Source of the DNA: Ancylonema sp.
Lineage: Eukaryota
Reading direction: 5' to 3'
Length of the DNA stretch: 62,927 bases
NCBI GenBank assembly: GCA_050230475.1
Contig: JBFLGF010000172.1
Location: forward strand, 1 to 62,927
Shown: positions 36,514-54,430 of the stretch, piece after piece
Position numbering within the stretch: position 1 is the stretch's first letter
Layout of the letters: every line of letters begins with the position of its first letter
Position numbers and translations under genes: made by a program
Notes under the pieces: generated by a model
Databases searched by the model: none
What the model saw: only the letters and a program-made list of their open reading frames with translations
What the model was told of the DNA's origin: nothing

Positions 36514-37902
36514 TTGAACAAGTAGGCACATCTAGGCTGATGTGTCCTGGAGGTAATGTTGACAAAAATTGATAGTTTTGGGAGGAGTCGGAACTTGTGA
36601 CAATGTTTGTAAAAAGATAATTCATACCCGTCATATATTCTAAGTAAGGTGTAGCGGTGAGCTTCTTGAGACGAGACACAATTGAAGAAAGGAAGTTGTT
36701 GTGTGTTCATGGTGCACAAAGAGTGAACCCCTTGACGGTACCACCTCCTTCAACATTGGGTGCTTATGCAAAGGGGTAGGAGCGGTACCGGGAAGTCTTG
36801 TCCGTTGCCACACACTTCGTCCCAAATAGCCTATACATCATTTTTGCAACACTTCATTCTTCCTGCGGTCAACACGGTGGCAGTTTGTTCACAACATAGC
36901 AACCGAGTGATAAGGGTAGTGTTGGAACGAGGGACTAGAAGCATGATTAACCAACCAACCAACCAACCATTATCGAGGTGGTTGAAGCCTACTATGTGGA
37001 GATGTAGTCAATAAGATTTGAAGAATAATGAGTTGCTACGATGTACTGCCGAAAAGAGGAAAACATTTGTAACCACAATGTGGGCTTTGTGGAAAGTGGA
37101 GGCCGCAAACAGTTGTACTCCAAAATCTTCACATATTTTCACCCCATTATTTCATGACTACATCACCCTAGGATGACTCTCAACATCACTAGAGACGCTT
37201 TTCCCAACCTGCAACACAATACTCACATGTGCTAGGGAATCGCACTCTGATGATGTCGCTTGTATCAAATTTATGAAGGGAACAACACAACGCCCATACA
37301 TTTCACTATGTTACTTGATCGTTCTTTACATCTCCGTAAGACACCAAAGAAACAACTCTACTCCCGGGTTGGCACATATCCAAAACTCTTATCGCTAGTC
37401 CATCGAACCGCGGTTACCCGGGTTATATACCATCATTTTGCTCAAACTTCTCGTCCAAATTGGTTGGCCGTAAAATCACACGTGTCCACATTACGAATTA
37501 CGCGATCACCGTAATTCGATAATTTGGACGATAAGAACGGGCGAAATCCCGATAACGGTACTTTCATAACCCTATCTCGCCCCCGTGTCTATCGATAACC
37601 ACTGTTCACATTGTCTCCATACGGCCGTCGATTGAGCAGTCCCCGTACGTGCCGCCGGACACCATTTCACGTTGTCGGGAGCCCTGTGTCCACTTGGGTT
37701 ATTTTCTCCCCCGCCCCGAGCCAAACCCTCTGTCCTCCTCCTTCCTAAGCGTGTCATGACGCTAGAGATCGTTAAGGGTAAAACCCCTTTAGAACAATAT
37801 CCAGACCTCTCTAGTAAAATACCTTGTTAGAAGCAATCAGAATCGATATAAAGATTGCATTGTTTTTTGTGAAGTTAGAATCAGTACTCCGCAAAATCCA
37901 NA

Positions 37903-38180
37903 TTTTAGGTTTGCTGTGATTGGCGAGATTGAGAGATTGGGACACGTCACTCAAGAGCAATCTGTAGATAGGGGTCAGGGGAGTGGTTGGGTGGGCATCG
38001 GGTGAAAGAAAGTGTACATAATATAGCAGTCCCTTTTTGATACATATACATTTTTATTATAGTTTAATTGAATGGCAAGCTACCTGTGTCAAATGGGAGT
38101 GATCGAGTCTTGTTATCCCGACATGCTGCATCCCCCCATGATGAGGTGCCACGGCTGGGTGTCACGTGGCGTGTTGTGAC
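37903..38180 (+). repeat. Near-identical direct duplicate of 36135-~36410, starting at an N join
   Basis: ttttaggtttgctgtgattggcgag...catccccccatgatgaggtg occurs at both places; N at 37901. Confidence 0.9.
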
Positions 38181-39309
38181 TAACTTAAAACAAAAGCAAG
38201 AAGGGAAACTTGAAGAAAGATGGCAGTTGCTTGTCCATGTGCTCGAAAACTGATCAGCATAGCAAAACCGCCTGGTTCAGGAGGTTAATCTTATATAGAG
38301 GGGTAGAAGCCGTACCATAACTATTTTCTGTTGTCACGTACTTGGTCGCAAATATCCAAAACACTCTTTTTCCCACACAGCATTCTGCCTATGTCTCCTT
38401 CATACTGTGGCAGTTTGTTCACGAAATAACAACTGGGTGAAAAGGATATTGGAGGAACGAGGGGCTGGAACCAGGGACTGGAGCTAGGAACTGAAACCAG
38501 GGACCCAAACCAGGGACTGAAACGAGGGATTGGAAGTATATTGAAGCTCACCACAACCAACCAAACTGACTAACTGCGTTTATCGAACCTGAAGGAGCTT
38601 GGCGACGTTCTTGTAAATCTTTGAAGAGTTTTAAAGTAAAAATAAAATGAACCGAGTAGGCAGTGTAGTGACACACTGTGGGGAAGTGGAGGTACCAAAC
38701 AGACATATACATATACTCCATACCGTCGCATACTTGTTTATCCATCATTACATGTCTGCATCACCCTGGGATGATTACGACAACGTGCATCACCAGATAC
38801 GTGTTTCTCACCCAGCAACACAGTACTCATGATGCTGTATCATGATTATGTTCGCATTGAATCTATGAACGAGTTGACACAGCGCCCAAACATTTCACGC
38901 TACGTGGTTTGTTACGACACCCTACTTTGATTCAAAACCAGAATCCTTTGTTACCCAAGTCGATGGATTCACACCTCTGCGGGAGTAAATCAATTTCATC
39001 CAAAAGTCACCAAACACACCCTACAAGGCATCCAGAAAATGCAAACACTCTCTCTCTCTCTCTACCTTCCACTTCCACGATTCCCCTCTCTACAAATGAA
39101 CCCTCTCTATAAATAAAGCACCCCTCCGAGACATCGGACTCGAATTCACCCCCCTTCCCCACGTCCTCCTTAAAATAATAATCCCCCCATCGTTCCCAAT
39201 ATATACGGTCCTAAGGGAGACCCGTTCCACACGTGTTTGTTCCGAAAAAGAACCCTGACACGTGTCTCCCAGCGTTGCGATTCGGGATCCCGTCTCTGCC
39301 TCTCCCTCT

Positions 39310-43606
<4,297 letters not shown>

Positions 43607-43686
43607 CCTGCGATGCAGATGGATGCGTTCTATGTGCGCCCACCTACACTTCACGTAAATTCCTCTTCGTCCCCATTCCTATCCTA

Positions 43687-43850
43687 AACGGCATGCACGT
43701 AATTTGCTTCTGACAACAGGTGGCAGGAAGTGTGAGCTCTTCCAGCGAATTTCGAAGGCCCTACATCCCTCCGCCTGACAGTGCAACGGCATGAAGTCAA
43801 CGGAACGTGGCGGAAAATGTTTGAAGCGGGTCAACGCAATGACCGTTGAG
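43687..43850. promoter_or_regulatory. Cluster of MSA-like (AACGG) elements upstream of INCENP
   Basis: AACGG at 43687, 43785 and 43799, CCGTT at 43843; MSA elements are established in plant G2/M gene promoters. Confidence 0.5.
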
Positions 43851-43917
43851 ATTCCAATCCCAAACATCTATGGGGTGACACTTGTGTAGTGTTGACGGGC
43901 CCTTAGCTATTTTCGTA

Positions 43918-45491
43918 CACTAGATGTATGTCCGTACATGATGTGATCGGCGAGCGCAATGAAACCCGACGCGATCTGCGCTCGGGCTCATATGAACGCA
44001 GACTTGCGCTCGTGACGCAAAATGTGCATATGAGCAAAATGAGCGCAAAAATGATTTTCTACTCCTGAGCGCGGAAATGTGACCTCACTTTCAGGCTAAC
44101 GAGGCTCGCACTTTGAGGCCCAACGAACACCGGCAGCAATCAACAAGGGCAAAAAAAATAAAAAGCGTAACCCTTGATAATGTTGATAATTCTTGGGAGA
44201 CATCACTTTTGGGTCAAAAATTGAAGATGAGATGAGGGTACACAAATGCTCTTTTTTTCCTCGAGACGGGAGAAGAAGGTCGATTTAGACAACATTTATG
44301 GTGGAAATCCGAAATCGGAAGGAAATTGTTGCATTTTCGTATAAACTAAAACATTATACGCGACATCAAATTTAGCAAGTTTCGTGGTACGACACTCTTG
44401 TGTTTGCTAACACTAAGCTCACTCATTAAGAAACATTGGTCTTGACATAGTTTGAATGAGAGTCGTACCAACCGAGTCGAAAACAATCTCCTAACCTAAG
44501 GTTGTGAACCTTTTCTACCATACGAGCGGACATCCACCCGCCGTCCATCGATGGCCATCGGTGGGCACAACACAGTCTCCAAGGTCATGAGTGGAGAAGT
44601 ATGCACTACATCTTAGTTGCATGACATCACAGTTCCACCACATCATAGTTGCATTACGTCATAGTTGCATAACGACATGGTTGCATCACATCGGGGTAGA
44701 ATTGCATCTGACAATAAAACCGGCACACTTGTATTGCGTAGACTTACATCTTCTCATATTCAATGGCACAACTGCATAACCTCGCCCGATTTTGGGTTTC
44801 CACCTAAAATTATTTATGATTGTACGGTAACAATCATAATTGATAGATACAAGTCTATCCCGTCCTGGTTCACTTCGTATGTACAAGGTTTAATCTATTG
44901 GATCTAAAATATGACGATATCTACTACACGCAAATTCGACAAATCCGATTGATGTTGAGTGTCACGGGCACCATGGAGGGGGGTGACTAGGAATTTGTCT
45001 CTATCCTCTTTGTGAGAATGGGGCGACCCAGATAGAAGCACACGTTGGCCATGAACCAAAACCGCTTGCACCTTCCTTTCCATTGACGACACCCTATGAC
45101 GGTTCCCTACGACGTTGTGCAACCCGATGTGGTGATGAATAGGCATTTCTCACTTCCCACAACCCCCTTGCAAGTAACCAATGTGAACCCGCTTCTTTCC
45201 AAACGGTCCACCCATACCACCGTCTTCTCATGCGCAAATGGTTGTGAAAATCGTATCATAAGCTAGAAAACTACTCTACTATATTCCCTCCATTGCTCAT
45301 TATCCATCCTCTCACTCACATCCAAGCCATCCACTTTCAAAACCTCCAATCGGACGTGCCCAAGCGCGGCCATCGATGTCAACACGGTTTTAGACTCAAA
45401 ACGCTCAACAACTAACTCTTCAACAACTGACACTAGTTCCGAGTTCTGGGCGCCAACGATCCACGGATATGTACGGACATATCCGTAGGTG
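43918..45491. mobile_element. Degenerate non-autonomous TIR element (CACTA-like ends)
   Basis: cactagatgTATGTCCGTACAT ... ATGTACGGACATAtccgtaggtg inverted match; no matching TSD; right end abuts the truncated Gypsy pol. Confidence 0.4.
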
Positions 45492-46260
45492 ACTTCTCAA
45501 AGGTGATGTCAAATGGCAGTGGGATGACTCTCAAGATACTGCATTCAAAGCACTCAAAACTAAGCTCTGCTCTGAACATGTCCTTAGACGACCTGATACC
45601 AACTTACCATACATTCTGGCTACCGATTGGAGTGCTCATGGATTAGGTGCGGTACTCAGTCAGGTTGATAAAGAAGGACAAGAATATGCAGTAGCATTTG
45701 CCAGTCGCACCTGCAACAACGCAGAGGAAAACTATAGTAGCTTCCATGGAGAGTGTCTTGCAGTCATTTGGGCAGCACAACACCTCAGACAATTCTTGTT
45801 TGGCAAACCATTTACCTTGATCACAGACCATGCTCCACTCAAATGGATTATGACTACTACAAAACTTACGGGCAAATTGGCACGCTGGGCACTCCTACTC
45901 CAAGAATACGAATTCCAAGTTATTCACCGCCCCGGCGTTGAAAACTCTAATGCGATTGGATGTAGCCGATGTCCACTACCTGAAACCACCGCAAAAAACC
46001 ATGAGATTGAGACACTTGGAGAGAAAACACCAGGTTATTACTTCCAGACATTCCCAACTCTTCAAGTCTCACCATCATACTACCTCAGTTACCACGAGGA
46101 TACACAACAACCTCAAGACCTCAAAGTTGACATTTGGGATGATAATGCTACCATGACATTACTCAAAACTCACCAATACATACCAACTCCAAACCAACAA
46201 CAAGAGGACCGGGCATACCGCCGAGCACTCAAATACCGCTTGATGGGGAGATATGATCCA
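45492..46260 (+). pseudogene. Ty3/Gypsy pol fragment (RT connection and RNase H)
   Basis: WQWDDSQDTAFKALKTKL, ATDWSAHGLGAVLSQ, VAFASR, ECLAVIWA, LITDHAPLKWI, LARWALLLQEY. Confidence 0.9.
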
Positions 46261-47474
46261 CAAGGATCCTATTGCGGGTCAAACAACATTTTTACATAGT
46301 ACGACCCTTCAGCGGTCAACAGCTCTTACACACCAAACAAAAACTTGTCTGATCGAATGAGCAAGTTCGGTAATCCGAAGGAAAAGCCGTGCCTAAGAGC
46401 TGTAACCTTGAGACTTGCCAGCTCGTTGGGATTGCGCAATCGGTTCCACTCCGTAACTTGCAAACCAACGAGGGTCAAACCTTGCTAACTTGTTTGACCA
46501 CTTCACGGAGTGTTTTTGCAGCAGTGAGGCCAGTTTTACAAATTGCCTTTTCAGACGCTTCTATCCGGTATAAATCTTACTCTGTGTACCACCTTCGGGT
46601 TGCAGTCTCCCCAATCTCTTAACATTAGAGAGGTTGTTAACTTTACCCCGTGATTTATCACACTCCCCTCAAGTGACCCGTTCACTTGGAAGCTGCCTTA
46701 CACCAATCTTTGTATTTTGGAAGTGCTCTTGCAAAATACATTTATCGACTGCATTGACTACTCTCTGTCAGAGACTTTTTTTCATATGGTTACCAATGGT
46801 TCGCTTACATTGAGCTCCGTCTCTATCCCCTGTGAGGACCTAGTGCCCACCTGATCTTCCCAAAAAGGTTACACCTGAGATTTCATCTCTTTCCCCCTCT
46901 GAGATAGCCCCACGGCTCAGAGACTTACCACGCCTATATGGGGGTACCACGTGGTGCCAGAACCCATTTACTGCGTCTCGAACGCGTGGGCTTGTTACCC
47001 CACCCCTTGTTCACAGGTGCTTTACACGCTTCTACACATTATTTTTGCTTCAAAAATCAACTCATCTAATTCACATTTGAGCTGAAACATTGTGCTTTGT
47101 GTTTTGAATAAGCATTTTTGCACTTCAACTGAAAGTGTTAATTAAATAACATTTACAAGGAGCGCGACATCAACGAGTGGGGGAGTACAACTTCTGCATC
47201 GAACGTCGATTCTTGCTACGAACAACTTACATTACAAACTTTAGATACAAGCTATTGGAACCTGCCTACATCAATTTAGGAGGGGAAGTACACGACAATT
47301 CGATCGACTCGAAGTCATCGACAGATCTAGTGAAGTTGCGCTTCAATTCAACATCTGCATACAAACTATCAATTTCTGGATCCTACCACGATTCTACAAA
47401 TTTCATCAATTCTGTTAATTCTCACTACCTCGCTATAATCAACTTGGTGGCAGTGCTGATCGCTCCACAAGTAT

Positions 47475-49157
47475 ATGCCCTGGTATAGAATAGAAGGTCG
47501 ACTCGAAATAGTGGCGAATCTGGAGAGCCAAGGAGCAGTAGGAACGTCAGACCGACTTCCTACACAAGATTTTATATTACCTAAGGACATCTTTGGTGAT
47601 AGTGACTCCGACAGTTTCAGTAACATCAATTCGGACGTCGAAGATATCAACTTGGATATTTTTCGAAACATTTCACCGGAAGCAAGAGACTTTCGACCCA
47701 CAGACTTGGAGATACCTCCACCAGTCAACAATCAAACTGAAAACGTACCACCGGTAGTGGAACTACCACGGAGACATAGTGCGCCGTGTACACGGAGTAC
47801 ATCTCCACGAGGTCGATCCGTATCACCACCGCGATCACCACGAGCGGTTGGCTCACCATCACGAATAGCCACACCACCTCCACCTCCGTTATCATCGTCG
47901 GGATCGCCACGTGGATCATCAACACCAAGGTCACCACCTTTATCACCGAATCCTTACAAACAAACCCCGCACGACTCACCACCACCGGCAAGTCCCGATC
48001 CGCCGGCTAGCACTTCTGTACCTAAACCTCGTATTGGAGGGTGTGGTGACGGCATGACGAGCTTACCCCCTATTACACCCTACCATGGAGCTCTTGGTAC
48101 GGTGCAAGACGAATTTATCAACGCCGTGCAAATTCATCACGCAATCATAAAACGAGACAAACGGTCCGGATACACAGAAATGGACCTCGTACAAAGTCTC
48201 GGCGCTTATTGCAAGGGTGAAACACAACGAGAATGGCAACAATTCATGGAAGAAATCACAGGTGACTCTCAAACGTCCGACATTGGGGACTCATAGAGAG
48301 ATTATTACGCGGACATGTTTTACCATCGCATGCAAGGACGGCATGAGAAGCTTACGCCCCCGGTGAAACCGACGTTCGATAAACCACATGAACTTGTGGA
48401 ATTTATTCAACGCATGAAGGAAAGATTCCGTACATCTTCGGCGGAATACCTCAACAAATTGGATAATATTACAATTACACCAGCAGACATCGTGGCATCG
48501 ATTTACTCTCGGTACAATGATGCACCCACCGTCGTCGAAAAGGCGAGAGCCATGACGCCCGAACAATTGGCGCTACGCTTCTTACAATTAATTCCGATGA
48601 ATCTACAATCGCACGTCAACGATTGGTATTTTAAAGAGAACAACGAAAGATTTTTCTATACACCAAGAAGGAATCCACTTACAAGGAAAGAAATAATGGA
48701 GGAGGCGAACCAAAGCGAACTATACCTTGCGAAACAAGAGGCGGATATTCGCGCCGCGGGCGGAATCCGAGCGCAAACTCCTCGGTATCAAAATCGACAA
48801 AATCCCTCTCCATCTTTTACACCGTCCACAAACTTTCCACCGACATCAACTTACACACCACGACAAGCTGATCGTGCAACGGGAAAAGACAACGACAAAT
48901 CCGGAATACAAAAAGGACTGCAAACATCGAAAACATCGACGGATCAACCTGAGTCAACATCTTACCGACCTCCGCACTTACAAACTGGCGGACAACAACA
49001 ACCTCAAAAACAATTCAAGGGAGATTCCTATGGTCAACCCAAAACTCCGACCCAAACGAATAAACGACAGTACGGACTCACTGAATACACTAAAGGTGCT
49101 CGCTGCCAACACTATGGCGCGGGAGGACACACCATCGAACAGTGTCGTAAATATTAA
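47475..49157 (+). pseudogene. Ty3/Gypsy gag-like ORF with one in-frame stop
   Basis: Same-frame ORFs 47475-48296 and 48315-49157; degenerate knuckle CQHYGAGGHTIEQC; PBS-like TGGTGGCAG at ~47445; ends near the N join at 49318. Confidence 0.65.
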
Positions 49158-51246
49158 AAACGGGGCAACATCTTACACTACCCATTCCCTTGCCCTCTTT
49201 ACAATCGTTACCTGCATGTGATTCATTCCCACAGTTTAAGTGGAAAGAATCTATCGACTCTGCTCCCACGTTTTCAGTAATCGACTCCAGCGACCAACGA
49301 ATCATGGAGCTCGAGGANATAAATATCCCGTGTCCCTAGTTAGACCCTTGCTAGACCAAAACTATTATATTGTGCTCACATCGAACTTAGAGTTAATTTC
49401 AGTTTTTATCGAGTTAATTTGATCGTTACATCGGGTTTGATTTCCGACCTTGTTATAGACTAGTATAAAGTCTTGTATACAATGCTCTTCAAGCACTCTA
49501 ATGAAGCCATGTACTTTTACCATTTATACTAGCACTCGCCCAATTCCATGTGTGTGTATTTGCTATTAATATTGCTTGGGATTTTCAATCTAGGGTCGGG
49601 TGTCCGCCTCTCCTAACACTGTCATTGTATTCAAGGTTTACTATCTTCCATCAATATCTGAATTTGACCAGAGTTGGGCCAACCTCACCAACGTCTTAAC
49701 AAGCACCGATCCGGGTTGCACAACTCGGATGTATCGGACCCCCCGGACTCGGTGATTCCAACTTGGCGACTCGGGACTCGGTACTATTCACACGTACCAC
49801 GCGTGTAAGCTATAGGTAACCGGAACACGCGCAACGGGTTACTTGGGTACATTATATAACTTGTGTTCGTCTTATTGCAGGGGCCGACGAGTTGGTTTAC
49901 ATATGTTCGTATTACAACCTAATATAGCGAGTATATTGATCGTAGCGAGAATATAGATCGTATAACGGGAATATTTTGCCATTGCATGTTCGTGAGTTTG
50001 TAGGTTTTCCTAGGGTTGGGTTTTAAAGGCTTTGAAACCCCCCCAGTCCATTAATAGTCCTAAACACCTAAAATCTTACAAACCCTAATTTCTTAATAAT
50101 TCACAAGAGAGGTGTTTTCGGAGCCAAATCATACCGACGAACTCATTGGCGACCTTAAAAAGTGTCAATTCTAGAGAAAGGGTAACTGTTCACACAAAAG
50201 TATATATGTTGATTTTCGAACAATTCATTGAAGTGTGTGAGTTCGTGCTAGTCATTTTAGTTTATCTCTTCATTCATCTTCGTTATTCTCATGCACATAC
50301 ATACCTAAGAAAAACGAAGACTACAATACGTAGCCATAACCACTTTTTATTGAGGCAATTTCACGATGTAGACAAATAGTGATAAAAGGCATCATAATGT
50401 TCGTAGACCATCATAGAACAAACATCACAAATACTCTCGCTCTCATTATATATTTCATTCTAAAAAGCAAGTGAATCCCGGTCTTTCTAAGACGAGTCTA
50501 AAACTGAAAAAAACTAATGATATTGATGTTTAACATTCTAAATGTGTTAGATTATCTCGCAAACCCATGCACCCTCGTTCTCGAGTGCATAAAAAGACCC
50601 CACAATTGCATTTTCCTAATAATTGATAGACCATGGCTCCCCGAGCAACGACTCTTGAACCACAAGAGGCATTCGATTAGACGATGAAATAGGGTTGAAG
50701 GATTATAGAACTATGTTTACCCACGTACTCTTATCCCTAAATGTTGTCCGCGCTTTGGTCTTTCAAGACTGATAGAGGTCCAAATATTTTTGACAAACTT
50801 GACAACTATGTCTTACAACCCTTCCAACTCAAGCTCATCAAACAACTCGTTCACCACAACATCAAACCCATCTTGGTCATACGAATCTGGATTGCCTTCT
50901 GCAACACCCAAATTTGCATTCTCTTCTTAGGTTGGATCCGGTAACGCCACCTCTGCCGTAGCCGATGATGATCCCGCCGCCATTTCCGCCCCATTTCCGC
51001 CACCGACTCCAAATTCTCCACCTGCTGCTTCTTTAGTGGACTGGGAGGGCCGTGTCGCGAATGAGGGCCGTGTATATGTTGCGAAGGCAATAAGATTTAA
51101 CAAGTCGACAATAAAGCGATGGCGAAGACAACACAACAATACATAAAAGAACTCCGTCCAACGTACCCGCCTTGAAGCATGCGGTACACGACGCCCAAAA
51201 ACGAACTTTGTACTTATTCTCCAACTTCGTGAAGTGTTCCCTCATA

Positions 51247-51450
51247 CCGTACCGGCTAACTTTAATACCCCACTAATTAATTATTTATGGCTGGGGTGGG
51301 GCCAGGATTCGAGATTTGAGATTTTAGCCCGAAGTAAGTTCGGCAATTCGTTTATTGGGACTTGTGGGGTATTATCCTAAAATTCTGCTAGCCGGGGTAA
51401 TAGCGGTGGCAAGCTCTAAATAACCGGGGTTCTTGCCGTTCCAAGCAAAA
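51247..51450 (-). mobile_element. Truncated inverted copy of the 55677-56566 MITE family
   Basis: TA-ccgtaccggctaactttaataccccactaattaattatt matches the reverse complement of 56528-56566; 51352-51430 matches the reverse complement of ~55985-56057. Confidence 0.7.
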
Positions 51451-52137
51451 TTCATGTACCAGGTTCTAGTACCTACCTTCGTTTACCGAAAACGAAACCT
51501 TCAAAGTGGATGAGGACTGATGGCGGCTACACCAGTACGTACATGCGTCTCTTGGATTACTTATTTGACGTATGTATCCGTGTTCCAAGGACCACTATTG
51601 GTAAACCGTGGTATACAGGACCATTCTTCTTGTCTTTGTTCCCCGACCCTTGCATTACATCTCATATAATGTTCGTCCTCTACTTCTTGTCTTCTTGATC
51701 TCTTCTCATAGACAACAAATATATTCTTATTGGTAGACTAAATAATATATATGACAATATGAACACATTGTGAATTTCCCCTTGGAATCCCCGCATGAAC
51801 GCTCTATTAAAATAAGGAGAAGTGTGGGAAAAAATTTAAAAAATTACGAGTGTGGTAGAATGATGTGTTTGTTTAGCAAACACGTTATAAACAAGTACAC
51901 GTCGTAAATGAGTATGGGATGGTTCAAAAAATGAGCACGTGAAAAGTAATAATTGAATATAGGAACCGAATGGTATCCGAAAGGAACCCTTCACATACGA
52001 TACACAGATATCGAAAGAAGGACCTATGAAAATAAGTGTGTACGCCATACTCTATAATAAATTTATTCTTTTAGGAGAGAGATAGAGAGGATATAAAAAA
52101 TCAAAGAGGATTTCTTTGTTTATTTTTATTTTTATAT

Positions 52138-52325
52138 ACCCAACCGCACCCAACCGCAACCCAACCGCCCCAACCGCATCCCACCCGGGTGGGGAGTTGC
52201 CAACCGGGTGGGAATTGGCTTGCGGTTGGCCAAAAGCCAACCGGGTGGGCCACCCGTTACCTACAGGAGCGCGGTCGGGGTTGGCCACCGCGCGGTTGCG
52301 CGGTTGGCCGCCGCGTGGTTGGCGC
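52138..52325. repeat. CAACCG/CGGTTG-rich inverted subterminal-type repeat
   Basis: Tandem ccaaccgc units followed by gcggttg units; likely a DNA-transposon end remnant. Confidence 0.5.
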
Positions 52326-52820
52326 GGAGGTAACAACCCTAGACACGACACAACGGCATGGCGTGGCGACTCGCCGGCACATAGCCACTCCATCGGTCCA
52401 CGACACGTCTAAGGAAAAGTATATAAGTCTCTTCTACAGAAACACCTAGGATTGTGCAACCTTCAATATAATTTTTTTTTAAAAAAAAAAAAAAAAAAAA
52501 AAGAGTATTGATTGAGGTTTCTAAGTTAAGGTTTTAAACCCCTTGGATTTTTGGACCCTTAAGATCCCTTTTAATGCGGTTCCTTAAAAACCCTTCAAAT
52601 TGCCACGTAACCACTTAGGCTACAAACTACCTGAAGTGCAGATCAACTATTTCGTTCGGCTACCTCGTTCCTTAGCGGCTGTGTGTCTGCACTTCTGCCA
52701 AGCACAGGATTCTTAGTGGATCCTAAATATATCAAATGTAAGGTGGCGAGCTCGTTAATTATTTTCAGATGCTTCGTTAAGCTCCTGCCGCACGAACAGG
52801 GGGAAGGCCATTGGGGCCTA

Positions 52821-53150
52821 CCGCACCGGCCAACTTTAATACCCCACCCCTTTTCCTAAACACTATGTTTATTCACGCCCCATCCCTTCACCCCTTACCG
52901 CAGCCAAAAACAATTAGTTAATGTTACCCCACCCCCTAACCCCATCCAATTACATTACCCCAGCGACTTAATACCCCAACCCGGCAACGGATTTTTATTT
53001 ATTTCAGGACCCTAAGTGGGTACAATAATAGCCCTTATATCCAGTAAAGTCTCTCATAGGAGAGAACCGTGCTTCGAAAACTGAAATGCGTCTAGAATCA
53101 TGACCCCGTAATCGATATAGGGGACTCTTGAGGTCCACGAATCGTGGGCT
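52821..53150 (+). mobile_element. Left end of a related Tc1/mariner-type element
   Basis: TA-ccgcaccggccaactttaataccccacc..., colinear with 55677-~55990. Confidence 0.65.
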
Positions 53151-54029
53151 CTTCGTCTCATGGGCACACGGTATTTGTTTTTTAAATTGTTCTCGAATTT
53201 TTGTGGAATGACCATGCATATGCACGAAAATATTTGAGGTTCTTTTGCCTTCAAACGAACCAATGTTTTTTTTATAAGCATAACTTATTTTGAGGCCTTT
53301 TATTTTTTATGCTCCTTGAGCTTGTCAAACAGCTACAAGAGATAACGTGGCATAATGTAATACCTTGTGACAGAATAGAGCATCGAATACATTTCCAAAA
53401 AAAATCCGGACCAATTGTATATACCAATTGTATCACCGGTATTACCGTGGACGTGTGCCAATGTTTGTTCCCGCATAGGAGGTGGTAATAGGTGTACCAT
53501 TTGGTTTTGTTCCTCAATCTGACTCTGAATGAGTCGTAGTTTGTAGTATCGGAATTCTTTTCCCAGATCTGTCGTTATTGAAACAAGATCTTTCTCCGAA
53601 GTCATTTTGTTCAACATATACACTGCCTTGGTTGCTCTTTCGACCCAATGACCATGGTTGTAAACATCTATCATTGAGTTAGTAGATGAAAGTGTATATC
53701 GTCAATGAAGTAGTAGTCAAAGACAAAGTAAGTATACAAAAAAAAAAAAATGGTGGCAATGTTGTTACAAACTTTAATTCATTGAAAATCAAGGTCTTCC
53801 GCTGTCGGATTAAAGTAGTATTGCAGATTGAGTCTATGCTAAGATATCAATATTATACATATCACACGTCTCAGCGGTCTGGTTAAATCCACTACTTAAC
53901 GCCGAGGGCGAGCTAATAGATGATTTACAGTACAAAAGTCTGTGAAAATACTATAAAGCAAACAAAATAGTATGGAGCAGACTATCAAGGTTAGCAGCCG
54001 TAAGAGTTACTTTCGGTGTGAAATCAAAG

Positions 54030-54430
54030 TATCGACGGCGCGTCGATAAAAGACGCTGACTCAGAAAGAGCGTAAGCAGACAGGTGTTTATAACAAATGC
54101 TGGCTCGGAGCGAGCAACAGCAAACACACACACACACAAATGAAAATGCCGCTTCAGAGCGAACGCGAGCAAATCGAAAGATGTTTAACACACACACACG
54201 CACGTATGCTGAATCAAAGAGAGCGTAAGCGAATCGATGTAAGAAATTACAATCGATTATAAAAGTTGGCTCAGAAAGAGCGTCAACAACAGATTCAGAC
54301 GAATCAGATAAAATACACACACACACACACACAAATTGCAAAGAATGATTTGCAATCTTACTGGCTGGCTGACGGATGTCAGGCTGAGTCGGAAGACGAG
54401 CACGTTGCGAAGTCGCGTAAGCGAAGGAAT
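54030..54430. repeat. Degenerate tandem repeat with (CA)n tracts
   Basis: Recurring ctcagaaagagcgt / agcgtaagc motifs and acacacac runs. Confidence 0.55.

Noticed and set aside
49319..50160. Telomere-like TAGGGTT/AAACCCT words
   Set aside because: Isolated words, not a tandem array; probably TE-derived.
50780..53680. Short minus-strand ORFs (51033-51245, 53333-53674) as genes
   Set aside because: No recognisable motifs or splice structure; they lie among TE remnants.
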